Source of the DNA: Delftia acidovorans NBRC 14950
GTDB lineage: Bacteria; Pseudomonadota; Gammaproteobacteria; Burkholderiales; Burkholderiaceae_C
Length of the DNA stretch: 32,000 nt
Assembly (NCBI RefSeq): GCF_001598795.1
Contig: NZ_BCZP01000036.1
Span: forward strand, 1-32,000
Direction: 5' to 3'
Notes under the pieces: model-generated
The model's database searches: none
What the model was told of the DNA's origin: nothing
Seen by the model: the letters and a program-made list of their open reading frames with translations, nothing else
Translations under genes and position numbers: made by a program
Part shown: one piece after another, positions 1 to 8,865 of the stretch
Layout: each line of letters begins with the position of its first letter
How positions within the stretch are numbered: position 1 is the first letter of the stretch

Positions 1-341
1 AGGTTCGATTTTTCATGCCGCCCAATAGCGTTGCACCCCTGGCTTTCTATTTTCAGGGTGACCTGCTGGCCGACTACACGAATCTCGAGTTGATCGGCAC
101 CATCAGTACCATGGAAACCTTCCAGAAGATTTATCGCCCCGAGATCTACAACGCCAATTGCGCGGCAGGAAAAATCTATCAGCCGAGCCTGAAGAACCAT
201 GATTACTCGTTGACGCAGATTGTCTATGACCGTGAAGAGCGCAGCCAGCTGGCCGTCAAGCAGGGCAGGTTTGCGCAGGAGCATTTCATCAAGCCGTACA
301 GGAATGTTCTTGAGCAATGGGCTGCCGATTGCGCGCTCTGA
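1..341 (+). CDS. 3' end of a CDS running off the left edge; function unknown (possible DUF1852/MesX-like partner of the downstream gene, unverified)
   Basis: Frame of ORF 15..341 stays open back to nt 3. Visibly lower GC than neighbours. Same strand, 104 nt upstream of the MetE-like gene. Confidence 0.4.
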   Translation, partial: VRFFMPPNSVAPLAFYFQGDLLADYTNLELIGTISTMETFQKIYRPEIYNANCAAGKIYQPSLKNHDYSLTQIVYDREERSQLAVKQGRFAQEHFIKPYRNVLEQWAADCAL

Positions 342-445
342 CCGGCCAGACAGACAGACCATTTTTCATTGATTGCACAGCGGCTTGGGACAACGCTCCT
401 GAAGTACGCTGGCACCACCCCTCTTTGCCTTGAAGGAATTCTCCG

Positions 446-1471
446 ATGTTTGAAACCTCTATCGCCGGCAGCCTGCCCAAGCCAGCCTGGCTGGCCGAAA
501 CCAACAAGCTCTGGCCCCAGTGGCAGGCCGAGGGCGATGCGCTTCGCCAGGCCAAGGCCGATGCAACCCTGCTGTGGATCAAGGCCCAGGAAGATGCAGG
601 CCTGGACATCGTGTGCGACGGCGAGCAGTCGCGCCAGCATTTCGTGCATGGCTTTCTGGAGCAGGTGGAGGGCATCGACTTCGACAACAAGGTGAAGATG
701 GGCATCCGCGACAACCGCTACGACGCGATGGTGCCGCAGGTGGTTGCCGCCCTGCGCCTGAAGGGCCGCGTGCATGCCTTCGAGGCGCAGCTGGCGCGTG
801 CGCACACCAGGAAGAAGCTGAAGTTCACGCTGCCCGGCCCGATGACCATCGTCGATACCGTGGCGGACCGCTTCTATGGCGACAAGGTCAAGATGGCCTT
901 CGCCTTTGCCGAGCTGCTCAACCAGGAGGCCCTGGCGCTGCAGGCCGACGGCGTGGACATCATCCAGTTCGACGAGCCCGCCTTCAATGTCTACATGAAG
1001 GATGCCGCCGACTGGGGCGTGCAGGCGCTGGAGCGCGCAGCGCAGGGCCTGACCTGCACGACGGCCGTGCATATCTGCTACGGCTACGGGATCAAGGCCA
1101 ATACGGACTGGAAGAGCACGCTGGGCGAGGAATGGCGCCAGTACGAGACGGTGTTTCCCGCGCTGGCCAGGAGCCGCATCGACCAGGTGAGCCTGGAATG
1201 TATCCACTCCCATGTGCCGCCCGACCTGATGAGGCTGCTGGCCGGCAAGGACGTGATGGTCGGCGTGATCGACGTGGCCAGCGACGTGGTGGAGACACCC
1301 GAGGAGGTGGCGGACACCATCGGCCGGGCACTGGAGTTCGTGCCGAAGGAGCGGCTGTTCCCCTGCACGAACTGCGGCCTGGCGCCCATGGGCCGGGACG
1401 TGGCGTGGCGCAAGCTGAAGGCGCTGGCAGAAGGCACGAAGCTGGCAAAGGAGCGGCTCGCCAAGGCCTGA
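446..1471 (+). CDS. Single-domain cobalamin-independent methionine synthase-like protein (MetE catalytic-barrel only, 341 aa)
   Basis: N-terminus MFETSIAGSLPKPAWL. Zn-ligand pattern H-x-C (AVHICYGYG), E (SLECIHS), C (PCTNCGLAP). Half the length of canonical MetE. Confidence 0.75.
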   Translation: MFETSIAGSLPKPAWLAETNKLWPQWQAEGDALRQAKADATLLWIKAQEDAGLDIVCDGEQSRQHFVHGFLEQVEGIDFDNKVKMGIRDNRYDAMVPQVVAALRLKGRVHAFEAQLARAHTRKKLKFTLPGPMTIVDTVADRFYGDKVKMAFAFAELLNQEALALQADGVDIIQFDEPAFNVYMKDAADWGVQALERAAQGLTCTTAVHICYGYGIKANTDWKSTLGEEWRQYETVFPALARSRIDQVSLECIHSHVPPDLMRLLAGKDVMVGVIDVASDVVETPEEVADTIGRALEFVPKERLFPCTNCGLAPMGRDVAWRKLKALAEGTKLAKERLAKA

Positions 1472-1498
1472 TGCCCTGCGTGGCCAAGCGCAGGGGAA

Positions 1499-1526
1499 GA
1501 TGCCAGGGATGCCAGGGATGCCAGGG
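1499..1526. repeat. Perfect tandem repeat, 9-bp unit GATGCCAGG x3
   Basis: Read directly: gatgccagg gatgccagg gatgccagg g, in the intergenic gap after the MetE-like gene. Confidence 0.9.
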
Positions 1527-1546
1527 GTTCATGGTTTGCCCTGTAT

Positions 1547-1586
1547 CAGATTCAGGCAACTGTCTGAAACAAAGACACTGAATCTG
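1547..1586 (+). other. Bulged hairpin (9-bp plus 5-bp stems); possible weak terminator or regulatory RNA/DNA site
   Basis: CAGATTCAG-GCAAC-TGTCT-GAAACAA-AGACA-CTGAATCTG. No strong T-run follows. Confidence 0.4.
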
Positions 1587-1738
1587 TTCAATAGTTGGGC
1601 ATTCGCTGCCCGTGCTCTGCCCGAGCCTGCCATTGCGCCTGCTTGGCCCGCCTGGGCCTGCCTGGCACAAAGCATGCATGGTCCCTCCCCACAAAAGCAG
1701 CGGGCGCCAGCCCAGCCGCCAACCCAAGGAGACAAACC

Positions 1739-2941
1739 ATGCAACGCCGCCCCTTCCTGCATTCCGCCCTCGCACTCTCCGCCATGGCCACCATGGCCGC
1801 TGCGGCTCCTGCCGCCATGGCCCAGCAGGGCGAGATCCGCATTGCCCACGTCTACAGCAAGACCGGCGCGCTGGAGGCCTATGGCAAGCAGACCCAGGCG
1901 GGGCTGCTGATGGGGCTGGAGTACGCCACGGGCGGCAGCATGGCGGTGAATGGCAAAAAGCTGGTGGTGATCGAGAAGGACGACCAGGGCAAGCCCGACC
2001 TGGGCAAGAGCCTGCTGGCCACGGCGTATTCCGATGACAAGGCCGATCTGGCCGTGGGGCCCACGTCGTCCGGCGTGGCGCTGGCTATGCTGCCGGTGGC
2101 CGAGGAGTACAAGAAGATTTTGCTGGTGGAGCCGGCCGTGGCCGATTCGATCACGGGCGACAAGTGGAACAAGTACATCTTCCGCACGGGCCGCAATTCC
2201 AGCCAGGACGCCATCAGCAATGCGGTGGCCATCGACAAGGCGGGCGTGACGATTGCCACGCTGGCCCAGGACAACGCCTTCGGCCGCGACGGGGTGAAGG
2301 CCTTCAAGGACGCCATCAAGAAGGGCAAGCTGGCGCATGAGGAGTACCTGCCTGCCGCCACCACGGATTTCACGGCAGGAGCGCAGCGGCTGATCGACAA
2401 GCTCAAGGACCAGCCGGGCAGGAAGATCATCTGGATCGTGTGGGCCGGGGCGGGCAATCCGTTCAAGATCGCGGACATGGATCTCAAGCGCTACGGGATC
2501 GAGATCGCCACGGGCGGCAACATCCTGCCCGCCATGGCGGCCTACAAGAATCTGCCGGGCATGGAGGGTGCCACGTACTACTACTACGGCATTCCCAAGA
2601 ACTCGGTGAACGAGGCGCTGGTGTCCATGCACTACAAGCAGTACAAGACGCCGCCGGATTTCTTCACGGCGGGCGGTTTCTCAGCGGCCATGGCCATCGT
2701 GACGGCGCTCAAGAAGACAGGTGGAGACACCAAGACCAACGGTCTGATCAAGGCCATGGAGGGCATGAGCTTCGACACGCCCAAAGGCCAGATGACCTTC
2801 CGCAAGGAAGACCACCAGGCCCTGCAGAGCATGTACCACTTCAAGATCCGCGTGGACCCGGCGCTGGCCTGGGGCGTGCCCGAGCTGGTGCGCGAGATCA
2901 AGCCCGAGGAGATGCAGGTTCCCATCCGCAACGGCCGCTGA
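1739..2941 (+). CDS. ABC transporter periplasmic substrate-binding protein (Liv/HAAT, Peripla_BP_6-like)
   Basis: ATG at 1739 preceded by AAGGAGA. Signal peptide MQRRPFLHSALALSAMATMAAAAPAAMAQQ. First gene of a Liv-type operon. The upstream 48 codons of ORF 1595 look non-coding. Confidence 0.8.
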   Translation: MQRRPFLHSALALSAMATMAAAAPAAMAQQGEIRIAHVYSKTGALEAYGKQTQAGLLMGLEYATGGSMAVNGKKLVVIEKDDQGKPDLGKSLLATAYSDDKADLAVGPTSSGVALAMLPVAEEYKKILLVEPAVADSITGDKWNKYIFRTGRNSSQDAISNAVAIDKAGVTIATLAQDNAFGRDGVKAFKDAIKKGKLAHEEYLPAATTDFTAGAQRLIDKLKDQPGRKIIWIVWAGAGNPFKIADMDLKRYGIEIATGGNILPAMAAYKNLPGMEGATYYYYGIPKNSVNEALVSMHYKQYKTPPDFFTAGGFSAAMAIVTALKKTGGDTKTNGLIKAMEGMSFDTPKGQMTFRKEDHQALQSMYHFKIRVDPALAWGVPELVREIKPEEMQVPIRNGR

Positions 2942-2944
2942 GCA

Positions 2945-3727
2945 ATGTTGCGCACAGAGGATCTCACCATCCGCTTCGGGGGCCATGTGGCCGTCAACGG
3001 CGTGAGCTGCGCTTTCGAGCCGGGCACGCTGACGGCCATCGTGGGGCCTAACGGGGCGGGCAAGACCACGTATTTCAACCTGATCTCGGGGCAGCTCAAG
3101 GCCACTGCCGGGCGCGTGCTGCTGGGCGGGTGCGAGCTGACGGGGCTGGCCCCTTCGGCGCGCACGCGGGCCGGGCTGGGGCGGGCGTTCCAGCTCACCA
3201 ATCTGTTCCCGCACCTGAGCGTGCTGGAGAACGTGCGCCTGGCCGTGCAGGCGCGTGACGAGGGCCCGCACCGGCGCGGCCTGAACCTGTGGAGCATCTG
3301 GAGCGACCACCGGGCATTGACGCAGCGGGCGCTGCACATCCTCGACCAGGTGGCCCTGTCCGCCCGGCGCGACGAGGCCGTGGCCGCGCTGCCGCATGGC
3401 GACCAGCGCAAGCTGGAGGTGGCCTTGCTGATGGCGCTGGAACCCCAGGTCTATATGTTCGACGAGCCCACGGCGGGCATGAGCCATGACGAGGCGCCGG
3501 TGATCCTGGACCTGATACGCAAGCTCAAGCAGGACCGCAGCAAGATCATCCTGCTGGTGGAGCACAAGATGGATGTGGTGCGCGAGCTGGCCGACCGCAT
3601 CATCGTGCTGACCAATGGCACGCTGGTGGCCGATGGGCCGCCGGCCGAGGTCATTGCCTCGCCTGTGGTGCAGCAGGCCTACCTGGGTGTGATGCCGGAG
3701 CAGGGCGCCGTGAAGGAGGCCGCATGA
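2945..3727 (+). CDS. ABC transporter ATP-binding protein, LivG-like
   Basis: Walker A GPNGAGKTT, Walker B MFDEPTAGM, LivG-type signature LPHGDQRKLE. Confidence 0.85.
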   Translation: MLRTEDLTIRFGGHVAVNGVSCAFEPGTLTAIVGPNGAGKTTYFNLISGQLKATAGRVLLGGCELTGLAPSARTRAGLGRAFQLTNLFPHLSVLENVRLAVQARDEGPHRRGLNLWSIWSDHRALTQRALHILDQVALSARRDEAVAALPHGDQRKLEVALLMALEPQVYMFDEPTAGMSHDEAPVILDLIRKLKQDRSKIILLVEHKMDVVRELADRIIVLTNGTLVADGPPAEVIASPVVQQAYLGVMPEQGAVKEAA

Positions 3728-4473
3728 GCGCTGCCGCCAACCTCAACCCAAACCCCAACCTGCTCGAACTGTCGGGCGTGCACACGCATATCGGGGCCTA
3801 TCACATCCTGCATGGCGTGGACCTGGCCGTGCCGCGCGGGCAGCTGACCATGCTGCTGGGGCGCAATGGTGCGGGCAAGACGACGACGCTGCGCACCATC
3901 ATGGGCCTGTGGCGGGCCAGCCAGGGGCGCATCGCCTTTGGCGGGGCCGACATCACGGCCCTGCCCACGCCCGCGATCGCGCGGCTGAACATTGCCTATG
4001 TGCCCGAGAACATGGGCATCTTCGCGGACCTGACGGTGCAGGAAAACCTGCTGCTGGCCGCGCGCGGCGCCTCGCGCGCCGACCGCATGGACGCGCAGCG
4101 GCTGCAGTGGATCTTCGGCATGTTCCCGGCCGTGGAGAAGTTCTGGAACCACCCGGCCGGCAAGCTGTCGGGCGGGCAAAAGCAGATGGTGGCGGTGGCG
4201 CGCGCCATCGTGGAGCCGCGCGACCTGCTGATCGTGGACGAGCCCAGCAAGGGCCTGGCACCGGCCATCATCGAGAACATGATCGCGGCCTTCGCCCAGC
4301 TCAAGGCGGGCGGCACGACGATTGTGCTGGTGGAGCAGAACCTGGGCTTTGCGCGCCGCCTGGGCGACCGCGTGGCGGTGATGGACAACGGCCGCGTGGT
4401 GCACGCGGGCGGCATGGCCGAGTTCTCGGCAGACGCGGCGTTGCAGCAGTCGCTGCTGGGGCTTTCGCTATGA
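3724..4473 (+). CDS. ABC transporter ATP-binding protein, LivF-like
   Basis: GRNGAGKTT, LSGGQKQMVAVARA, LLIVDEPSKGL. ATGA overlap with the upstream gene. Confidence 0.85.
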   Translation: MSAAANLNPNPNLLELSGVHTHIGAYHILHGVDLAVPRGQLTMLLGRNGAGKTTTLRTIMGLWRASQGRIAFGGADITALPTPAIARLNIAYVPENMGIFADLTVQENLLLAARGASRADRMDAQRLQWIFGMFPAVEKFWNHPAGKLSGGQKQMVAVARAIVEPRDLLIVDEPSKGLAPAIIENMIAAFAQLKAGGTTIVLVEQNLGFARRLGDRVAVMDNGRVVHAGGMAEFSADAALQQSLLGLSL

Positions 4474-5462
4474 ACAAGCTGAACAGGCTGGATGTGGATT
4501 TCAAGCCGCTGCTGCTGGTGCCCGTGCTGGCCCTGGTGGCGCTGCCGCTGGTGGGCTCGGCCTCGACCTGGCTGACGCTGACGGTGGCGGGGCTGGCCAT
4601 GGGGATGATCGTGTTCATCATCGCCTCGGGGCTGACGCTGGTGTTCGGGCTGATGGACGTGCTGAACTTCGGCCACGGCGTGTTCATCGCGCTGGGTGCC
4701 TTCGTGGCCACCAGCGTGCTGGGTGCCATGGGCGACTGGACAGGGTCCGAGCAGCTGTGGCGCAACCTGCTGGCCGTGCTGCCGGCGATGGTGGTGGCCA
4801 TGCTGGTGGCGGGCGCCATCGGGCTGGCGTTCGAGCGCTTCATCGTGCGGCCCGTGTACGGCCAGCATCTCAAGCAGATCCTGATCACCATGGGCGGCAT
4901 GATCATCGGCGAGGAACTGATCAAGCTCATCTGGGGCCCGCAGCAGATTCCGCTGCCGCTGCCCCAGGGCATGAAGGGCGCCTGGCTGCTGGGCGATGCC
5001 GCCGTGGAAAAGTACCGCGTGGTGGCCGTGCTGGTGGGGCTGGCGGTGTTTGCCCTGCTGGCGTGGACGCTGTCGCGCACCAAGATCGGCCTGCTGATCC
5101 GCGCCGGCGTGCAGGACCGCGAGATGGTGGAGGCCCTGGGCTACCGCGTGCGCCGCCTGTTCGTGGGCGTGTTCGTGGCGGGCTCGGCCCTGGCCGGGCT
5201 GGGCGGGGTGATGTGGGGCATGTACCAGCAGAGCGTGGTGCCGCAGATGGGGGCGCAGGTGAATGTGCTGATCTTCATCGTGATCATCATCGGCGGGCTG
5301 GGCAGCACGGGCGGGGCGCTGATCGGCGCGCTGCTGGTGGGGCTGATGGCCAACTACACGGGGTTCCTGGTGCCCAAGGTGGCGCTGTTTTCCAACATTG
5401 CGTTGATGGTGGCCATCCTGCTGTGGCGCCCGCAGGGCGTGTACCCGGTGGCCAACCGCTGA
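4470..5462 (+). CDS. Branched-chain-type ABC permease, LivH-like
   Basis: ATG at 4470 overlaps the livF-like stop (ATGA). Polytopic hydrophobic protein with GLTLVFGLMDVLNFGHG motif. ORF 3909 upstream extension rejected. Confidence 0.8.
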   Translation: MNKLNRLDVDFKPLLLVPVLALVALPLVGSASTWLTLTVAGLAMGMIVFIIASGLTLVFGLMDVLNFGHGVFIALGAFVATSVLGAMGDWTGSEQLWRNLLAVLPAMVVAMLVAGAIGLAFERFIVRPVYGQHLKQILITMGGMIIGEELIKLIWGPQQIPLPLPQGMKGAWLLGDAAVEKYRVVAVLVGLAVFALLAWTLSRTKIGLLIRAGVQDREMVEALGYRVRRLFVGVFVAGSALAGLGGVMWGMYQQSVVPQMGAQVNVLIFIVIIIGGLGSTGGALIGALLVGLMANYTGFLVPKVALFSNIALMVAILLWRPQGVYPVANR

Positions 5463-5475
5463 AGGAGTGATCGAC

Positions 5476-6543
5476 ATGCTCAACCGATTGCTTTCCGGCG
5501 ACCTGCCGCGCAGCCGCGTGCTGGCGGTGCTGCTGCTGTTGATCTTCGTGGGGCTGGCGGCAGCGCCCTTCGTGTTCCCTGGCGTGAAGGCGCTGAACGT
5601 GGCGGCCAAGGTGCTGATCTTCGTTGTGCTGGTGGCCAGCTTCGATCTGCTGCTGGGCTACACCGGCATCGTGAGCTTTGCGCACACCATGTTCTTCGGC
5701 ATTGGCGCCTATGGCGTGGCGATTGCATCGTCGCGCATGGGCGCGGGCTGGGGTGCGCTGGCGCTGGGCCTGGCCGCGGCGCTGCTGGTGTCGCTGCTGC
5801 TGTCGCTGGCCATCGGCCTGTTCTCGCTGCGGGTGCGGGCCATCTTCTTTGCCATGATCACGCTGGCCGTGGCGGCGGCGTTCCAGACGCTGGCTTCTCA
5901 GCTGTCGGAATGGACGGGCGGGGAGGACGGGCTGAGCTTCAAGCTGCCCGAGTGGCTGTCGCCCAGCTTCGAGCCGTTCGAGAACGAGGTGCTGGGCGTG
6001 CTGATCGACGGGCGCATCATCACTTACTACCTGCTGTTCGTGCTGGCCGTGGCGCTGGTGCTGGCGCTGCTGCGCATCGTCAATTCCCCGTTCGGCCGCG
6101 TGCTGCAGGCCATCCGCGAGAACGAGTTCCGTGCCGAGGCCATCGGCTACCGGGTGGTGGTGTACCGCACGCTGTCCAGCGTGCTGTCGGCCCTGTTCGC
6201 CTGTGTGGCCGGGGCCATGCTGGCGCTGTGGCTGCGTTATAACGGGCCAGATACCTCGCTGTCGTTCGAGATCATGATGGACTGCCTGCTGATCGTGGTG
6301 ATCGGCGGCATGGGCACCATCTATGGCGCGGCGATCGGCTCGGTGCTGTTCCTCATCGCCCAGAGCTATCTGCAGGACCTGCTGCGCGTGGCCAGCGAGG
6401 CCGCGCACAGCCTGCCCTGGCTGGCCGCGCTGCTGTCGCCCGACCGCTGGCTGCTGTGGCTGGGCGTGCTGTTTGTGTTGTCGGTCTACTATTTCCCCAC
6501 GGGCGTCGTGGGGCGTCTGCGTTCTTCCCGCGCCGGAGCCTGA
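5476..6543 (+). CDS. Branched-chain-type ABC permease, LivM-like
   Basis: GAAGGAG 8 nt upstream of ATG 5476 (GTG 5467 is an alternative). Motif LLLGYTGIVSFAHTMFFGIGAY. Confidence 0.8.
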   Translation: MLNRLLSGDLPRSRVLAVLLLLIFVGLAAAPFVFPGVKALNVAAKVLIFVVLVASFDLLLGYTGIVSFAHTMFFGIGAYGVAIASSRMGAGWGALALGLAAALLVSLLLSLAIGLFSLRVRAIFFAMITLAVAAAFQTLASQLSEWTGGEDGLSFKLPEWLSPSFEPFENEVLGVLIDGRIITYYLLFVLAVALVLALLRIVNSPFGRVLQAIRENEFRAEAIGYRVVVYRTLSSVLSALFACVAGAMLALWLRYNGPDTSLSFEIMMDCLLIVVIGGMGTIYGAAIGSVLFLIAQSYLQDLLRVASEAAHSLPWLAALLSPDRWLLWLGVLFVLSVYYFPTGVVGRLRSSRAGA

Positions 6544-6595
6544 CCAGGGCCCCTGGCGCATTCGTGCATCAGAGAACTACCACAAGGAGATGGGC

Positions 6596-8800
6596 ATGTT
6601 GAAGCGTGAAGAGATGGTGTCGTCGATTCCTGCAACCCCCTGGCGCTGGGCCTTCACGGCGCTGGCGGCGGCCGCGCTGGCAGCCTGCGGCAGCGGCGAG
6701 CATGAACCCAGCAACGACCTGCCCAAGGGCTTTACCGAACTGGGCGCCACGGTGTATCCGGCCACGGCCACCGGCACGGGTGCTACGGCGGCCACGCAGG
6801 ACTTGCTGACGGGCGGCCTGGGCAAGACGGGCCTGGGCGCCGCGGCCGCGCCCCTGTACGCGGACCCTGCCAATCCCACGGCGGCGGAGCTGCGGCGCAA
6901 TGCGCTGTACTCCAACTACCGGGGCATCCTGGACCCCACGGCGGGCGGCGGCTACGGCACGCTGTACGGCCCCAACATCACGGCCAATGGGCAAGTGACT
7001 GCGGGCGAAGGGCTGATCCCCGGGCGCGAGTACCTGGCCGTGCTGGACGACGGCACGGGCCGCAAGCAGACCATGGTGGCCGTGCAGGTGCCGGACAGTT
7101 TTGACCGCAATCGGCCCTGCATCGTGCTGGGCCCGTCCTCGGGCTCGCGCGGCGTGTATGGCGCCATCGGCACGGCGGGCGAGTGGGGCCTGAAGAAGGG
7201 CTGCGCCGTGGCGCTGACCGATGCGGGCAAGGGCGTGGGCCTGCACAACCTGAGCGACGACACCGTCAACAAGCTGGACGGCACGCGCGCCACGCGCACG
7301 GATGCGGGCAGCCTGTCCTTCTTTGCCGCACGGCTGACCGATGCGGCGCGCGCCGCCTACAACGCTGCGTTTCCCAACCGCATTGCCATCAAGCACGCGC
7401 ACTCCCAGCAGAACCCTGAAAAGGACTGGGGCAACGACACCCTGGCCGCGGCCCGCTATGCGCTGTACGTGCTCAATGCCCGCTATGGCACCACGCAGGA
7501 CCCCGTGCCCTTCGGCAAGGACAACACGCTGGTGCTGGCGGGCTCGGCCTCCAACGGCGGCGCGGCCGTGCTGCGCGCGGCCGAGCTGGATGCGGACGGC
7601 CTGATCGACGGCGTGGTGGCCTCCGAACCCGTGACCGAGATGCCCACGCGCCAGGGCTACACCATTGCCGTGGGCAATGCGACCATGCCCAACCCGGGCC
7701 GCACGCTGGCCGAGTACACCACCTACGGCAACATCTACCAGCCCTGCGCGGCGCTGGCCCCCGATGCGGCGCTGACCGAGACATCCATCTTCAACTACAT
7801 AGGCCTCACCGCCATGACGGCGCGGGCCGAGGCACGCTGCACCAGCCTGGCCGCCAAGGGCCTGGTCATCGGCGCCACCACGGCCGACCGCGCCGCCAAT
7901 GCACTGAGCAAGCTGCGCCTGTACGGCTGGACGCGTGACCACGACCGCATGCACAACGCCCACTACGCGCTGGGCAACGGCCCCATCCTGTCGGCCATGT
8001 ACACCATGGCCTATGGCCGGTTTGGCGTGGATGCCAACCTGTGCCGCACCAGCTTTGCGGCCGCCAATGCCACGGGCGACGTGGTGCCCGCCACGGGGGC
8101 TGCGCTGGCCCAGAGCTTTGCCACGGCCAATGGCACGGCCAACGGCACGCCCGCCACGGTGGTCTACAACGACTCGGTGGGCGGGGCCAAGGCCTGGCAG
8201 TTTGCCGTGTCGCCCTCCACGCGCGTGGCCGACCTGGGCCTGGACAACGCGCTGTGCCAGCACGCGCTGGTGACGGGCTTCGATCCGGTGACCGGCTTCA
8301 ATCTCTCCGAAAGCAGCGTGCCCACGCGTGCCCAGAGCGACGCCGTGCGCGCCGGCATTGCCGAGGTGCTGCACACCGCCAAGCTGCGCGGCAAGCCCAC
8401 CATCATCGTGGCGGGCCGCAGCGATGCGCTGGTGCCGGTCAACCACAATGCGCGCGCCTACACGGTGCTCAACCGGGGGCTGGACGGCAGCAACACGCGG
8501 CTGCGCTATATCGAGGTGGTGAATGCCCAGCACTTCGATGCCTTCCTGCCGTTCTCCGGCTTCGACACGCGCTTTGTGCCGCTGCATCCGTACTTCAACC
8601 AGGCCATGGATGCCGTGTGGGCCAACCTGCGCAGCAGCACGGCACTGCCGGCCAGCCAGGTGGTGCGCACCACGCCGCGCGGCGGCCAGCCGGGCGCGGC
8701 GCCCGCCATCACGGCGGCCCAGGTGCCGCCCTTCGTGGCGCGGCCCAGCACGGCCAACACCATCGAGGTCAGCGACGGGCTGATCCGCATTCCTGAGTGA
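6596..8800 (+). CDS. D-(-)-3-hydroxybutyrate oligomer hydrolase family (3HBOH) lipoprotein
   Basis: AAGGAG 6 nt before ATG 6596 (ATG 6590 is an alternative). Lipobox LAAC. About 734 aa. Segments LVLAGSASNGGAAVL, GKPTIIVAGRSDALVP and VVNAQHFDAF resemble the 3HBOH family known in Acidovorax, Delftia and Ralstonia. Confidence 0.7.
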   Translation: MLKREEMVSSIPATPWRWAFTALAAAALAACGSGEHEPSNDLPKGFTELGATVYPATATGTGATAATQDLLTGGLGKTGLGAAAAPLYADPANPTAAELRRNALYSNYRGILDPTAGGGYGTLYGPNITANGQVTAGEGLIPGREYLAVLDDGTGRKQTMVAVQVPDSFDRNRPCIVLGPSSGSRGVYGAIGTAGEWGLKKGCAVALTDAGKGVGLHNLSDDTVNKLDGTRATRTDAGSLSFFAARLTDAARAAYNAAFPNRIAIKHAHSQQNPEKDWGNDTLAAARYALYVLNARYGTTQDPVPFGKDNTLVLAGSASNGGAAVLRAAELDADGLIDGVVASEPVTEMPTRQGYTIAVGNATMPNPGRTLAEYTTYGNIYQPCAALAPDAALTETSIFNYIGLTAMTARAEARCTSLAAKGLVIGATTADRAANALSKLRLYGWTRDHDRMHNAHYALGNGPILSAMYTMAYGRFGVDANLCRTSFAAANATGDVVPATGAALAQSFATANGTANGTPATVVYNDSVGGAKAWQFAVSPSTRVADLGLDNALCQHALVTGFDPVTGFNLSESSVPTRAQSDAVRAGIAEVLHTAKLRGKPTIIVAGRSDALVPVNHNARAYTVLNRGLDGSNTRLRYIEVVNAQHFDAFLPFSGFDTRFVPLHPYFNQAMDAVWANLRSSTALPASQVVRTTPRGGQPGAAPAITAAQVPPFVARPSTANTIEVSDGLIRIPE

Positions 8801-8865
8801 GCCAGGCCCTGGAGCGGCCGGCGGCCAAGGCGGCCGGCCGCTCCTGCACAGCAGAGATTTCTCCC

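Noticed and set aside
342-445. Possible cobalamin or SAM riboswitch, or MetR box, upstream of the MetE-like gene
   Set aside because: The gap is only about 100 nt, too short for a B12 element. I could not find the conserved SAM-II or B12-box sequences or a TGAA-N5-TTCA MetR site by eye.
1499-1526. CRISPR-like array (also considered for 10874..10905)
   Set aside because: These are direct tandem repeats with no spacers, and the units are only 9 and 6 bp. No cas genes are present.
224-2632. Minus-strand ORFs 224..1213 and 1529..2632, and plus-strand alternate-frame ORFs 520..1581 and 1612..2037
   Set aside because: They overlap the MetE-like and binding-protein genes in other frames, with low-complexity Arg/Gly/Pro-rich products.
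3996-5609. 537-aa minus-strand ORF, plus the 3909..5462 plus-strand extension
   Set aside because: These overlap the LivF/LivH-like genes. The real permease starts at ATG 4470 with an ATGA overlap. The upstream part translates as Arg/Gly/Ala junk.
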